DNA of 64,000 bases from an uncultured Methanobrevibacter sp. (lineage in GTDB: Archaea > Methanobacteriota > Methanobacteria > Methanobacteriales > Methanobacteriaceae): positions 3,818-67,817 of the forward strand of contig NZ_CACYJE010000006.1 in NCBI RefSeq assembly GCF_902774605.1, given 5' to 3'. This document shows, piece after piece, positions 9,795 through 18,614 of the stretch; the stretch's first letter is position 1, and each line of letters starts with the position of its first letter. Under the pieces are notes generated by a model. The model made no database searches and had not been told where the DNA came from. It was given only the letters and a program-made list of their open reading frames with translations. Made by a program: the position numbers and the translations under genes.

Positions 9795-10856
9795 TTAATC
9801 AACCTCCCCTAATGCTTTGAAAACCGGACAGACTGAATATTTTGTCCCTCCGGACTTGATGATTTCATCTATGCCTCTTGTAATCTTGGCATATGGCTTC
9901 CATGCCAGGTGATCCTGCTTGTCAACAACCATCGCATCAGTAACTATCTTATTTGTAAGGAGATAGTCAAGCAGAGTGGTGACGATAGAGCCGTCCTGAC
10001 CCTGAGTATGCTTCAATGATTTGACAGTCAATACTTGTTTGAAATCACCAATCGCTTTTGAGTTATCGTTTCTTAACTCCTCCGGCACAAATGTTCTTGG
10101 GCAAACCGCAAAGCATGCATGACAATCCTGTGGGCACTCCCCTTTCATGATTGGCTTGGTGTCCTCAATCCTTATGAGATTGTCTGGACATGCATATTCA
10201 CATGCTCCGCACAATACGCATGCTCCAACATCAATGACATTGGATTTCAAGTCTGTGAAATCGGATTGTGACACTTCAAATGCTATGGAATCATCAGTTT
10301 TTTCCCTTTGATACAGTACCGGCCTGGCAAGGAACTCTCTTCTTTCAACAAACTCCATGTTCCTTTCGATTTTACTTTCAGCAATCCTGTTCAACAAGTC
10401 AAATTGATATTCATTGAATGACTTGGCTTCAATGAATTCCTGCTCGATTGCCCCATTGATGATTTCCTCTCCTTTTTCGCTTCTCACAATCACTGTTGAC
10501 CATCCGTCCTCTGAACCGATGGAGCCTATTGATATGTCAGATGTTTCAGAAGTCAGTTCAACACATATGTTGCAGTTTTTCCTGATTATCCTTTTGGCAA
10601 CGGATAATGGAATTTTTAATGTTTCATTACTCTTCAATAATAGGAATACGAATCCTTTCTCGATTCTGAATTTCTCAATGTCATCCATTTTCAAGTCGTA
10701 TTCTTTTAGAAGGTTTGTAAAGTACTTGTATGAGAAATTCTCCATGCAGAACAATCCCAGTTTGACTTCAATGGGACTGTCAGTATAATATTGTAGTTTG
10801 GATGCCGCCATAATCTCGCATGGTGTTCCAACCATTGCAATTCTGCGTTCACTCAT
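9795..10856 (-). CDS. FrhB/FdhB-family F420-binding subunit, circularly permuted; putative electron-input subunit of glutamate synthase
   Basis: Starts with the FrhB C-domain (IAMVGTPCEI, LGLFCMENF), has a central ferredoxin, and ends with the FrhB N-domain (GQDGSIVTTLL, GGTKYS). Start at 10856 follows a GGTGA SD. Confidence 0.85.
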   Translation of the reverse strand: MSERRIAMVGTPCEIMAASKLQYYTDSPIEVKLGLFCMENFSYKYFTNLLKEYDLKMDDIEKFRIEKGFVFLLLKSNETLKIPLSVAKRIIRKNCNICVELTSETSDISIGSIGSEDGWSTVIVRSEKGEEIINGAIEQEFIEAKSFNEYQFDLLNRIAESKIERNMEFVERREFLARPVLYQREKTDDSIAFEVSQSDFTDLKSNVIDVGACVLCGACEYACPDNLIRIEDTKPIMKGECPQDCHACFAVCPRTFVPEELRNDNSKAIGDFKQVLTVKSLKHTQGQDGSIVTTLLDYLLTNKIVTDAMVVDKQDHLAWKPYAKITRGIDEIIKSGGTKYSVCPVFKALGEVD

Positions 10857-10877
10857 ATTTTTCACCATCCCATTTTA

Positions 10878-11534
10878 TTACATATTAACTATTTTTTTAA
10901 AATTTGAATAATCGTCATCAGACAGGTTGAAACCGTATTCAGTGAGGATTTCCCTTAAATCATCAATATCTTCACTGGTGGCTTCATCCATTACCGCATT
11001 TTTACCCAGGCTTTTCACTTCTCCAAGAACAAATATTGTTCCCCTCATGATTGATTCGCCGACATCATCGGTGACATCCCCTAATATGATCAATCTGCCG
11101 CCCATCATGAGCAGTCCAGTCATGTAGCCGCTGTTCCCACCTATTATTACGGTTCCTCCTTTCATGATTTCCCCTGTTCTTGAACCAGTGTTGCCTTTAA
11201 CTATCACGGTTCCACCGTAGATTCCCTGTCCTGCACCGTCTCCGGCAGTGCCCTCAATTATGAGTTCGCCTTCAGTCATGTTATCCCCAGCGAACCATCC
11301 TGCATTCCCCTTGATATGTATTTTCGGCCCGTTGACCATTGTTCCAACGAAATATCCTGCAGAACCGTTGATTATGATGTCAACTTCCCCAGTCAATCCT
11401 GCGCAGATGTTGTGTTCGGATTCGGGATTGTCGATGATGAGACAATCATGTTCTTTTGCCTGCCTCTTTATTGTGCGGTTCAGTTCCTTCACGTCCATGC
11501 CTTTAGCGTCAATAACATATTCATCCATAGTCAA
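10878..11534 (-). CDS. gltB3: Glutamate synthase GXGXG domain protein (GltB domain 3)
   Basis: Repeated GxAGxxxGxxMxGG beta-helix motifs. Confidence 0.88.
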   Translation of the reverse strand: MTMDEYVIDAKGMDVKELNRTIKRQAKEHDCLIIDNPESEHNICAGLTGEVDIIINGSAGYFVGTMVNGPKIHIKGNAGWFAGDNMTEGELIIEGTAGDGAGQGIYGGTVIVKGNTGSRTGEIMKGGTVIIGGNSGYMTGLLMMGGRLIILGDVTDDVGESIMRGTIFVLGEVKSLGKNAVMDEATSEDIDDLREILTEYGFNLSDDDYSNFKKIVNM

Positions 11535-11542
11535 ACCTCCTC

Positions 11543-12460
11543 CTAGATTGTATATGCCCTTGTCTCTCCCGGTGCAATCTGCTCGATTTCATCTGAATCG
11601 GTGACATCATGCAATGCCATCTCCTCTGATGCCACTGCAAATATCTCATCTGTTTCAACCATCACCCCCGGTCGCAGGCCCAGCTTGTCCTTTGCAATGC
11701 CTATGCCGTTAGGGGTTCCAACCAGTATTGAGAACGGACCATCCAGGTCTATGACAGCCTGGTCAAGTGCCTCCTCGAGCTTGTAGCCCTGGTTCAGCTT
11801 ATCAGCCATGTAGTGGACTATGCATTCAGTGTCGTTGTATGATTCGAAAGTGTGTCCCTTGCGCTCAAGAGGGTCTCTTATTTTCCAGTAGTTGGTGATT
11901 TGACCATTATGCACCACTGTAATGTCCGGTATGATGTAGCTTTGGTATGGATGTGCATGGTAGCGGTCAACACCGCTTTCTGTTGCAAATCGAGTGTGTC
12001 CTATCCCATGAGTCCCCATGCGATTGTAGACGTCGAACCTTTCGGCAATGTCTTTTACCTTGCCGACATCCTTTATCATCTCGAATGAATGTGAACCGTT
12101 GATAACCCTGACATCATCCAGCTCGTCGATTTCCCTTATGCAGGGTTTTAAAAGCGAGTACTCATCCAGTGCTATCTTGCACTTGTACACGTCTGAGTCC
12201 CCAACTGACCTGATCAGTTCCTCTTCAAATATTGGAGTGATTTGACTCAGCAATGATTTTAAATTATCCAGGGTGCCTTTTCTCCTGTTCACTTGAATGT
12301 TTAGTTGATAATAATTTTCTGGGAAATCCAAACTACCGTAAAGAGCATATCCTGCTGAATCCGGACCCCTGTGCTGGAGGGATTCAAGCATTGATGTCAA
12401 TGCCTCCCCAATCGGATGGGATTTCCTGTCCTTGTATATTACACCTGCTATTCCGCACAT
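11543..12460 (-). CDS. gltB1: Class II glutamine amidotransferase (GltB domain 1)
   Basis: MCGIAG N-terminal Cys (start 12460), LQHRGPDSAG, GHTRFAT, HNGQITN, NDTECI. Confidence 0.9.
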   Translation of the reverse strand: MCGIAGVIYKDRKSHPIGEALTSMLESLQHRGPDSAGYALYGSLDFPENYYQLNIQVNRRKGTLDNLKSLLSQITPIFEEELIRSVGDSDVYKCKIALDEYSLLKPCIREIDELDDVRVINGSHSFEMIKDVGKVKDIAERFDVYNRMGTHGIGHTRFATESGVDRYHAHPYQSYIIPDITVVHNGQITNYWKIRDPLERKGHTFESYNDTECIVHYMADKLNQGYKLEEALDQAVIDLDGPFSILVGTPNGIGIAKDKLGLRPGVMVETDEIFAVASEEMALHDVTDSDEIEQIAPGETRAYTI

Positions 12461-12552
12461 TTTTCTCTCCTCCAAAAAATTAATGATTTAGGCGAATATA
12501 CGCATCAGGTTTGATTTTAATGATAATGTGCCTTCTTTAAATATCCTACTTA

Positions 12553-12642
12553 TTACCATATGCCTTTAAAATAATCGTAATAATCGTGAAATTTTATCAT
12601 ATGCCCATATACTCTAAAATTATCATATGCCTTAAAATAATT
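12553..12642. promoter_or_regulatory. Three direct repeats TTAYCATATGCC upstream of the glt operon
   Basis: CATATG cores at 12557, 12598 and 12624; copies 1 and 3 continue with CCT(T)TAAAATAAT. Confidence 0.45.
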
Positions 12643-12769
12643 CTAAGAATTTTAACCTCAAATACATATATTCATCCAGATTTATACATAAGTCTCCAAG
12701 AGTTAAAAAAATGAAAATCAAGTAGCCAATGAATGGCTACTGGCCATATACTCAAATTATAGGGAATGA

Positions 12770-14104
12770 TTAAACGTTCAGGTACTCATCCCTCTCATAA
12801 TCGAAGACCTGTATCCTGTAAGCATCCCATTCAGCCCTCTTGATATTGTAGAACTGATTGAACACTTTTTCTCCAAGAGCGTTCTTGACAACTTCATCCT
12901 CTTCAAGGGCATGGTATGCTTCCCATAAACTGGTTGGAAGGCTGCTGATTCCTTTCTCTGCAATCTCATCCTCAGTGTATGCGAAGAGGTTCTCCTCAGT
13001 CGGTTCACCCGGATCAATCTTATTTTCCATGCCGTCAAGACCGGCCTCAAGCAATACTGCAAATGCAAGGTACGGGTTGCATGACGGGTCAGCTGACCTG
13101 CACTCAATTCTAGTTCCTAATCCACGGGATGCCGGAATCCTCAGCAATGTTGAGCGGTTCTTGAAACCGTATGCAATGTAGCATGGTGCCTCATAACCAG
13201 GCACTAGACGCTTGTAGGAGTTGACTGTTGGAGATAATATTGATGATAAAGCCGGTGCGTGTTTCAATAATCCTCCTATGAAGTACAGTGCATCCTGTGA
13301 TATCTGGGTTTCAGTGTCAGGGTCGTAGAAGATGTTTTCACCATCCTTGAATAGGCTTTGGTTACAGTGCATGCCGCTTCCGTTGATTCCTAGGAATGGC
13401 TTTGGCATGAATGTTGCTTTAAATCCTAACTTATTTACGAGTGCCTTTACTGCTTCCTTGAATGTTATTACTGCATCAGCTGTTTTTAAAGCATCAGCGT
13501 ACTTGAAGTCAACCTCATGCTGTCCTGCTGCCACTTCATGGTGGCTCACTTCAACATTGAAGTCTAGTTTCTCGAGTCCAAGAACTATTTCTCTCCTGAT
13601 GTCTGTACCCTGGTCTAATGGTTCAACGTCAAAGTACTCAGCCTCATCAGCAGGGACGTAGTTTCCCTCATCATCTTCTTTAATGATGAAGAATTCAGGT
13701 TCGGGACCCATGTTGAATTGGTATCCTCTTTTCTCTGCCAGCTGCAATGATTTTTTAAGCACTCCTCTTGGGTCTCCGTCATATGGTTTTCCATCGGTTG
13801 TGAAAATGTCGCATATGAACCTGCTGGTTCCTTTCACTTCCGGTCTCCATGGTATTGTTGAGAATGTGTTGATGTCAGGTTTTGCCAGTAGGTCACTGTC
13901 GTTGATTGATGCCAGTCCTGCCACTGATGATCCGTCGAACAGCAATCCGTCTTTCACTATGTCTTCCACATCATCTGCTTTTTTCAGCGGCACTGCCATG
14001 CTTTTAGGCAATCCGTGTATGTCTGAAAATTCCAGTTTAAGGAATTTTATATCGTTTACTTCTATTGTCTTTATGATTTGGTCTAATGTTTTATCCTTTG
14101 ACAT
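12770..14104 (-). CDS. glnA: Glutamine synthetase type I
   Basis: [70 protein letters not shown]; start MSKDK at 14104. Confidence 0.97.
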   Translation of the reverse strand: MSKDKTLDQIIKTIEVNDIKFLKLEFSDIHGLPKSMAVPLKKADDVEDIVKDGLLFDGSSVAGLASINDSDLLAKPDINTFSTIPWRPEVKGTSRFICDIFTTDGKPYDGDPRGVLKKSLQLAEKRGYQFNMGPEPEFFIIKEDDEGNYVPADEAEYFDVEPLDQGTDIRREIVLGLEKLDFNVEVSHHEVAAGQHEVDFKYADALKTADAVITFKEAVKALVNKLGFKATFMPKPFLGINGSGMHCNQSLFKDGENIFYDPDTETQISQDALYFIGGLLKHAPALSSILSPTVNSYKRLVPGYEAPCYIAYGFKNRSTLLRIPASRGLGTRIECRSADPSCNPYLAFAVLLEAGLDGMENKIDPGEPTEENLFAYTEDEIAEKGISSLPTSLWEAYHALEEDEVVKNALGEKVFNQFYNIKRAEWDAYRIQVFDYERDEYLNV

Positions 14105-14200
14105 GTTTTCACATCTTTGAGTATACTTGTCCAATTTTTGAGGGTATCATGGAAAAAATGGAAAACCATTTTTATTGACTATGCAACCTTGGGCACATAG

Positions 14201-14222
14201 TCGGAAGGAAACTTCCTTCCGA
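14201..14222. promoter_or_regulatory. NrpR-type operator: palindrome with two overlapping GGAA-N6-TTCC boxes
   Basis: TCGGAAGGAA-AC-TTCCTTCCGA; lies just downstream of the minus-strand BRE/TATA of glnA. Confidence 0.8.
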
Positions 14223-14242
14223 TATAAAATTATTTATAGAAT

Positions 14243-14260
14243 AATATATAAAAGTTTCGT
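14243..14260 (-). promoter_or_regulatory. glnA promoter BRE/TATA
   Basis: Minus strand reads ACGAAACTTTTATATATT, about 25 nt upstream of the operator. Confidence 0.65.
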
Positions 14261-14426
14261 AAAAAATAAATGATATTTAAAAACAAAAACTAGGATATTA
14301 AAAAAAAATCGCCGTAAAACAAAATAAAATAGTATAAATGACCATTAAAGCCACCTAAACAAAAAATAATAGAATCAACAAAAAAAAATCAATTAATACG
14401 AGAATCAAATGAAGACAATGAATTTC

Positions 14427-14657
14427 TTACACCTCAAGACCCGAAGCCTCATTCATCTCATCCAAAAACTCCTTGGAATGAATGTGTCTGAATTCTTTTT
14501 CACTAATGCTGCCGCTAAAAAGTCCACAGTTTATATAGCCCCAAATCACTTCACCAACAGACACATGCCATTTTTCAGCCTTTTTCTCGACGAGCTTCTT
14601 GAGCTTTTCTGTTGAAACATACGTTAAAACACGATTTAAAACTAAAAATGTAATATG
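14427..14657 (-). pseudogene. Start-less open frame encoding a small helical protein (possible remnant or non-ATG start)
   Basis: Open frame ...YVSTEKLKKLVEKKAEKWHVSVGEVIWGYINCGLFSGSISEKEFRHIHSKEFLDEMNEASGLEV*. Protein-like, but no in-frame ATG or SD after the upstream TGA. Confidence 0.4.
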
Positions 14658-14748
14658 TCAGGTTAAATCGAATGTAAGGGGAAGATATGGTTAAAAGAAT
14701 AGTGAATGGTTAATTAGGATTTTATTTTCTGAAAAATTTTTACAAACT

Positions 14749-15753
14749 CTATTTACCATTTTTGAGTTTGTTTAATTCTTCAGTTAACCTGCTTATTTCC
14801 TGATCTTTTTCTTCAGTTAACCTAGACATTTCCTGATAGTCTTCAGTTATCCTAGATATTTCCCTGTCTTTTTCTTCAGTTAACCTAGATATTTCTTGAT
14901 CTTTTTCTTCAGTTATCCTAGATATTTCCTGGTCTTTTGCATATATTTCTCTTTCATATGAATTCATTCTATCAACTTCCTTGCTTGTGAAATTAATTGT
15001 AATCAAACACAACAGCTCTTTGGCCTTATTTAAATCATCCTGAAAGTGATATAATATCATTTTCTTCAGCACTTGGTGCAAATCAATTTTTAAGTCAGGA
15101 TCAATCTTTGGAAACCTGCTGAAAAGAATAACGATTTTTTCCATTATCTCTTTTGCATCGGTTTTCACAAAGACCGCAATATATGCGAAATTCAAAACCT
15201 CATCTACAGTGAAATCTCGTCTAGTTTCAACTATATCTGTTAATATATTTAACCTTTTTGAGATTTTTTCAGAGGTCACAATGATGTAATGAACCCTCAA
15301 CACATGATTGAAGACCTCATAATCAATTACATCACTTCCAGGGTCTTCGTTGGTTATTATAATAGGCACTGTGGGAAGATTTGTCTCATGAGTCTTAGAT
15401 ATTACATAAAAGAATATTGTTTCGATTTTTAAATCATCTGGAAGCTTGGACTGGTGTTCGGCATCAATTGCGGATTTGACTTTAATGATTCCACCATCGG
15501 GAAGCACCACAGCTCCATGGTCCATTTCCAGATTGCGACCGTCTTCGGTGACTACATTAGTGTCTAGTTTTTTCAGATACTTGCCTGGAAAGCCAAATGT
15601 GGAATGTGAGGGTTTGGCCCATCCTGAAACTGTCAAGCGAAATGATGAGTCTTTCGGATGATGATTGGGTCCTCTCATTATCTGGTCAATTAGCGCCTTT
15701 AGATTTTCCTGGTTTCCGGTTGTCTTCTCATGAATCATTTCCATTTTTTTCAT
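14749..15753 (-). CDS. Rpn/YhgA-like PD-(D/E)xK-fold protein with C-terminal 11-aa repeats (putative)
   Basis: LEMD...IDAEHQS resembles the D...ExQ motif, followed by VPIIIT; helical C-half; tail of EEKDQEISRLT repeats. Confidence 0.55.
   Translation of the reverse strand: MKKMEMIHEKTTGNQENLKALIDQIMRGPNHHPKDSSFRLTVSGWAKPSHSTFGFPGKYLKKLDTNVVTEDGRNLEMDHGAVVLPDGGIIKVKSAIDAEHQSKLPDDLKIETIFFYVISKTHETNLPTVPIIITNEDPGSDVIDYEVFNHVLRVHYIIVTSEKISKRLNILTDIVETRRDFTVDEVLNFAYIAVFVKTDAKEIMEKIVILFSRFPKIDPDLKIDLHQVLKKMILYHFQDDLNKAKELLCLITINFTSKEVDRMNSYEREIYAKDQEISRITEEKDQEISRLTEEKDREISRITEDYQEMSRLTEEKDQEISRLTEELNKLKNGK
14777..14938 (-). repeat. Five in-frame tandem repeats (4x33 nt + 1x30 nt) encoding EEKDQEISRLT variants
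   Basis: TCTTCAGTTAWCCTAGATATTTCCTGRTCTTTT-like units read directly. Confidence 0.9.
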
Positions 15754-16123
15754 GAATAACTCCTCTATGATTAACTCTCAATTTTTGTGGTGTTGTGAAA
15801 ATCAATTTTTCACTATAAATTAAATTGAGGAAAACGTGGTTTAATGTTTATACTAAATCATATATAAATATTTTGATTTATAATTGATTATATGGACTTT
15901 ATTTTTAATATATATAAATGTTAATCTTTTATAAGGTTAAAGCAATATTTTAAGGCGAAATCAATATTGTCTTCTTGAGGCAATTTTCGCCGATGAGATG
16001 ATAATTATAAAATGCACAATATCGTGAAAAAAGTTTTCCTTTAAAAATTTTGATAATCTTATCAGAGGCCCCAACTTCCAAAACCAAATATTAAATAATA
16101 CAATAATAATAACTAATAAGTGT

Positions 16124-16165
16124 AAAAGCACTAAATGCTTTTAAGAATTCGCACTTGAAAAAGTG
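16124..16165 (+). promoter_or_regulatory. Two-hairpin 5' leader, copy 1
   Basis: AAAAGCA-ctaaa-TGCTTTT and CACTT-gaaa-AAGTG; conserved upstream of the paralog at 24105. Confidence 0.55.
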
Positions 16166-16191
16166 AACACAAAAAATTTGGAGGAAAAAAC

Positions 16192-16647
16192 ATGGAGCCT
16201 AATAAAGTATCCGGAATACTATCCATTATCTTAGGATTAATTTTCATTATTTTCCCTATTCTCAGTTCAGGATTAGTATCCGTCATGATTGGAGTCAGTT
16301 TACTGTTCTTAGGTATCGCATCAATACTCACCGAGTTTTCAGCTTTCAACATAATCGTTGGAATCCTGGCAATCATTTTCGGTTTACTGTTCATATTCAA
16401 CATTGATGCATTGTCCTTCCTTTTAGGAATACAATTCTACATTATCGGAATTATAATTATCCTAATAGGTGTTGTAGGTCTATTTTCAGGACCTGGAATG
16501 TCAAAACTTGCTTCAATAGCGATTATAATTTTAGGTATTATCGCATTTGCTCTTGGAGGATTATCACTAACCAATCCGCTGTTTGCAGCAATCCTGATAG
16601 GCGTGACCTTAATCATCCAGGGTGTAAGACTATATGTCGCAGAATAA
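16192..16647 (+). CDS. DUF308/HdeD-like integral membrane protein, paralog 1
   Basis: All-hydrophobic multi-TM protein with G...I..G repeats; GGAGG SD. Confidence 0.7.
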   Translation: MEPNKVSGILSIILGLIFIIFPILSSGLVSVMIGVSLLFLGIASILTEFSAFNIIVGILAIIFGLLFIFNIDALSFLLGIQFYIIGIIIILIGVVGLFSGPGMSKLASIAIIILGIIAFALGGLSLTNPLFAAILIGVTLIIQGVRLYVAE

Positions 16648-16650
16648 AGA

Positions 16651-16673
16651 TAAGCAATCTTCTTGATTGCTTA
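16651..16673 (+). terminator. Hairpin plus T-tract
   Basis: TAAGCAATC-ttctt-GATTGCTTA followed by T-runs; same element after paralog 2. Confidence 0.65.
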
Positions 16674-16802
16674 TAATTTTTTTAAACAAATTTTATATCA
16701 AACCATTCAACCACACTTTAATTATGAAAAAACTATTTTTAAATGGTGATTAAGCAATACGGTAATTTAAAAAAAAAAGAAAAAAGTTATAGCTTAAAAT
16801 AT

Positions 16803-17642
16803 TTAAGCTATATCTGAATATAACAGTCCAACAGCCCTTTGAGTGAAGAACACCAGGTATGGAGTTACAAACACTGAAAGAATTGCAAGGAACGGCACAT
16901 AGCCATAGATAGTTGACAAAATCGCATTAATAATACCTATGATTATGAAAATCAGCAGTATCACTGCTATAACTTTACCTATTCCGATTCTTCTTATGTC
17001 TTTTGCAGCTTCAAAAATGTTTAAGGCCTCGCTTAAGCTGTCGGTATTGGCCAGTCTTGCTTCAGCCATTGTTTGAAGGAATGAGAATATTACAAACACA
17101 ATCACAGCAACGGTTATGGTTACTGTTAAAGACAAGATTAAACCAGCCATTGCCTGGGATATTGCACCCATTGCGACATTGGTGGAGGTTCCCATGACGT
17201 AAACATCCATGACCTGTGTGAAGATCTCTCTAGCGACATTCATGAAATTGCCGACAACGTTTGTAAGGTATCCAACCAGAACGACGATGAAAGCCGGGAT
17301 GACATAATAGACTATTGAGACTATGAAGCTGTTGAATCCTGTGATGAAATTATCCCACCATACAAATTCGGGAGCCTCATCCTCAAGTTCAATACCTGAC
17401 TTAATGACACTGATCATATAACCGGACATTACCCATCCGATTAAGACTGCAATCAATCCCGCAAGTCCTCCCCATAAGAAATATTCAGGGACAACAATTC
17501 CTAACATATACAGCAATGGTCCCATAACAGCAAATGCTCCTGCAACTATTGACAGTATGATGTAAATTAATAGCACCTTAACATTTTTTGATGGGAAAAC
17601 AAATGCATCTTTTATTATTTCAATTATTTCCATTTTTTTCAC
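16803..17642 (-). CDS. DUF4013-family membrane protein
   Basis: EIIKDAFVFP, GYMISVIKSGIE...PEFVWWDNFITG, A.ARLANTDSLSEALN pattern. Confidence 0.7.
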   Translation of the reverse strand: MKKMEIIEIIKDAFVFPSKNVKVLLIYIILSIVAGAFAVMGPLLYMLGIVVPEYFLWGGLAGLIAVLIGWVMSGYMISVIKSGIELEDEAPEFVWWDNFITGFNSFIVSIVYYVIPAFIVVLVGYLTNVVGNFMNVAREIFTQVMDVYVMGTSTNVAMGAISQAMAGLILSLTVTITVAVIVFVIFSFLQTMAEARLANTDSLSEALNIFEAAKDIRRIGIGKVIAVILLIFIIIGIINAILSTIYGYVPFLAILSVFVTPYLVFFTQRAVGLLYSDIA

Positions 17643-17885
17643 CCATTTAACTTATTTTAATTAACTACTCCCCCTATTGAGAGACATTAATTATTTATTT
17701 AAATAATAATATTTAAACTTGTTTAAAATGCCTGAACTTAACTGATGATTTTTTATTTTAATTTAATTTTTATATACGATAAAAGACAATATTTAAATAT
17801 ATGATTGTTTCATTCATGTTTAAGTAAAAAATACATGATTGTTTCAAAAATCACCCGATAATTGAAAAAACATTGAGGTAGATAA

Positions 17886-18584
17886 ATGGATAATAAGAAA
17901 ATGATGATAATCGCAGCAATAATCCTAATCATTGTGGCGGCAATCCTTTTTGTGGCGCTGACTTCCCAGCAGTATGAAAGGATCGAGGTAACTCCTAACG
18001 GAACCAGCATGGACGTCCCATTCAACCAGACCAAGTATGCAGGCGAAGTCGAGAGCGCAAAGATTTGGAACTGGAAAAATGGAATTCTTGTCACATACAA
18101 CAGCTACGAGGACGGCAGCCTCATCAAGGTTGGTGAAATGGGTTTCAACACCCTTAAACAGATTATCGAAAACGGGGAAAAGCAGGACATTGACGGTTAC
18201 ACATGCTATGTGATAAACGCCGATGAAGTGATGAAAATCAGCATATTCGACATAATCAAGGTGAACTACAACGGCAAGTTCTATTGCATACCCCTATCCA
18301 ATCAGACAACCCATGACAATATCCTGATCTGCTGCAACAACAGGGACATTGCAGTCCATATGGCAAAATCAGTGGAATACAAGAACGTATTTCCAAACAA
18401 GGCCGGCTTAAACGATACGCTCGCCAGCATTGAAAACATGACCGGTGAGCTTGAGTCAAAAGCCAATGACCTTGCAAACAACACCAATTTAAGCGAAATC
18501 CAATCAAAAGTGGAGGAAGCCGGAATCAATCTTGATAACGTCAAGTCATCAGTCGAGCAATACAGTGGAAAATTGCCAATATAG
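17886..18584 (+). CDS. Membrane-anchored hypothetical protein
   Basis: N-terminal KK plus hydrophobic helix; 232 aa ORF. Confidence 0.65.
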   Translation: MDNKKMMIIAAIILIIVAAILFVALTSQQYERIEVTPNGTSMDVPFNQTKYAGEVESAKIWNWKNGILVTYNSYEDGSLIKVGEMGFNTLKQIIENGEKQDIDGYTCYVINADEVMKISIFDIIKVNYNGKFYCIPLSNQTTHDNILICCNNRDIAVHMAKSVEYKNVFPNKAGLNDTLASIENMTGELESKANDLANNTNLSEIQSKVEEAGINLDNVKSSVEQYSGKLPI

Positions 18585-18614
18585 ATAATATGAATTCAAG
18601 GATAGTGATTTACA

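Noticed and set aside
14148-14177. Antisense mini-ORF MEKMENHFY* in the glnA leader
   Set aside because: Only 9 codons, no promoter seen on that strand; ATGGAAAAAATGGAA is low-complexity. Kept only as part of the 20-mer observation.
14777-14938. 33-nt periodic repeats resembling a CRISPR array
   Set aside because: No unique spacers; units are contiguous, multiples of 3 and in frame within a CDS; no cas genes.
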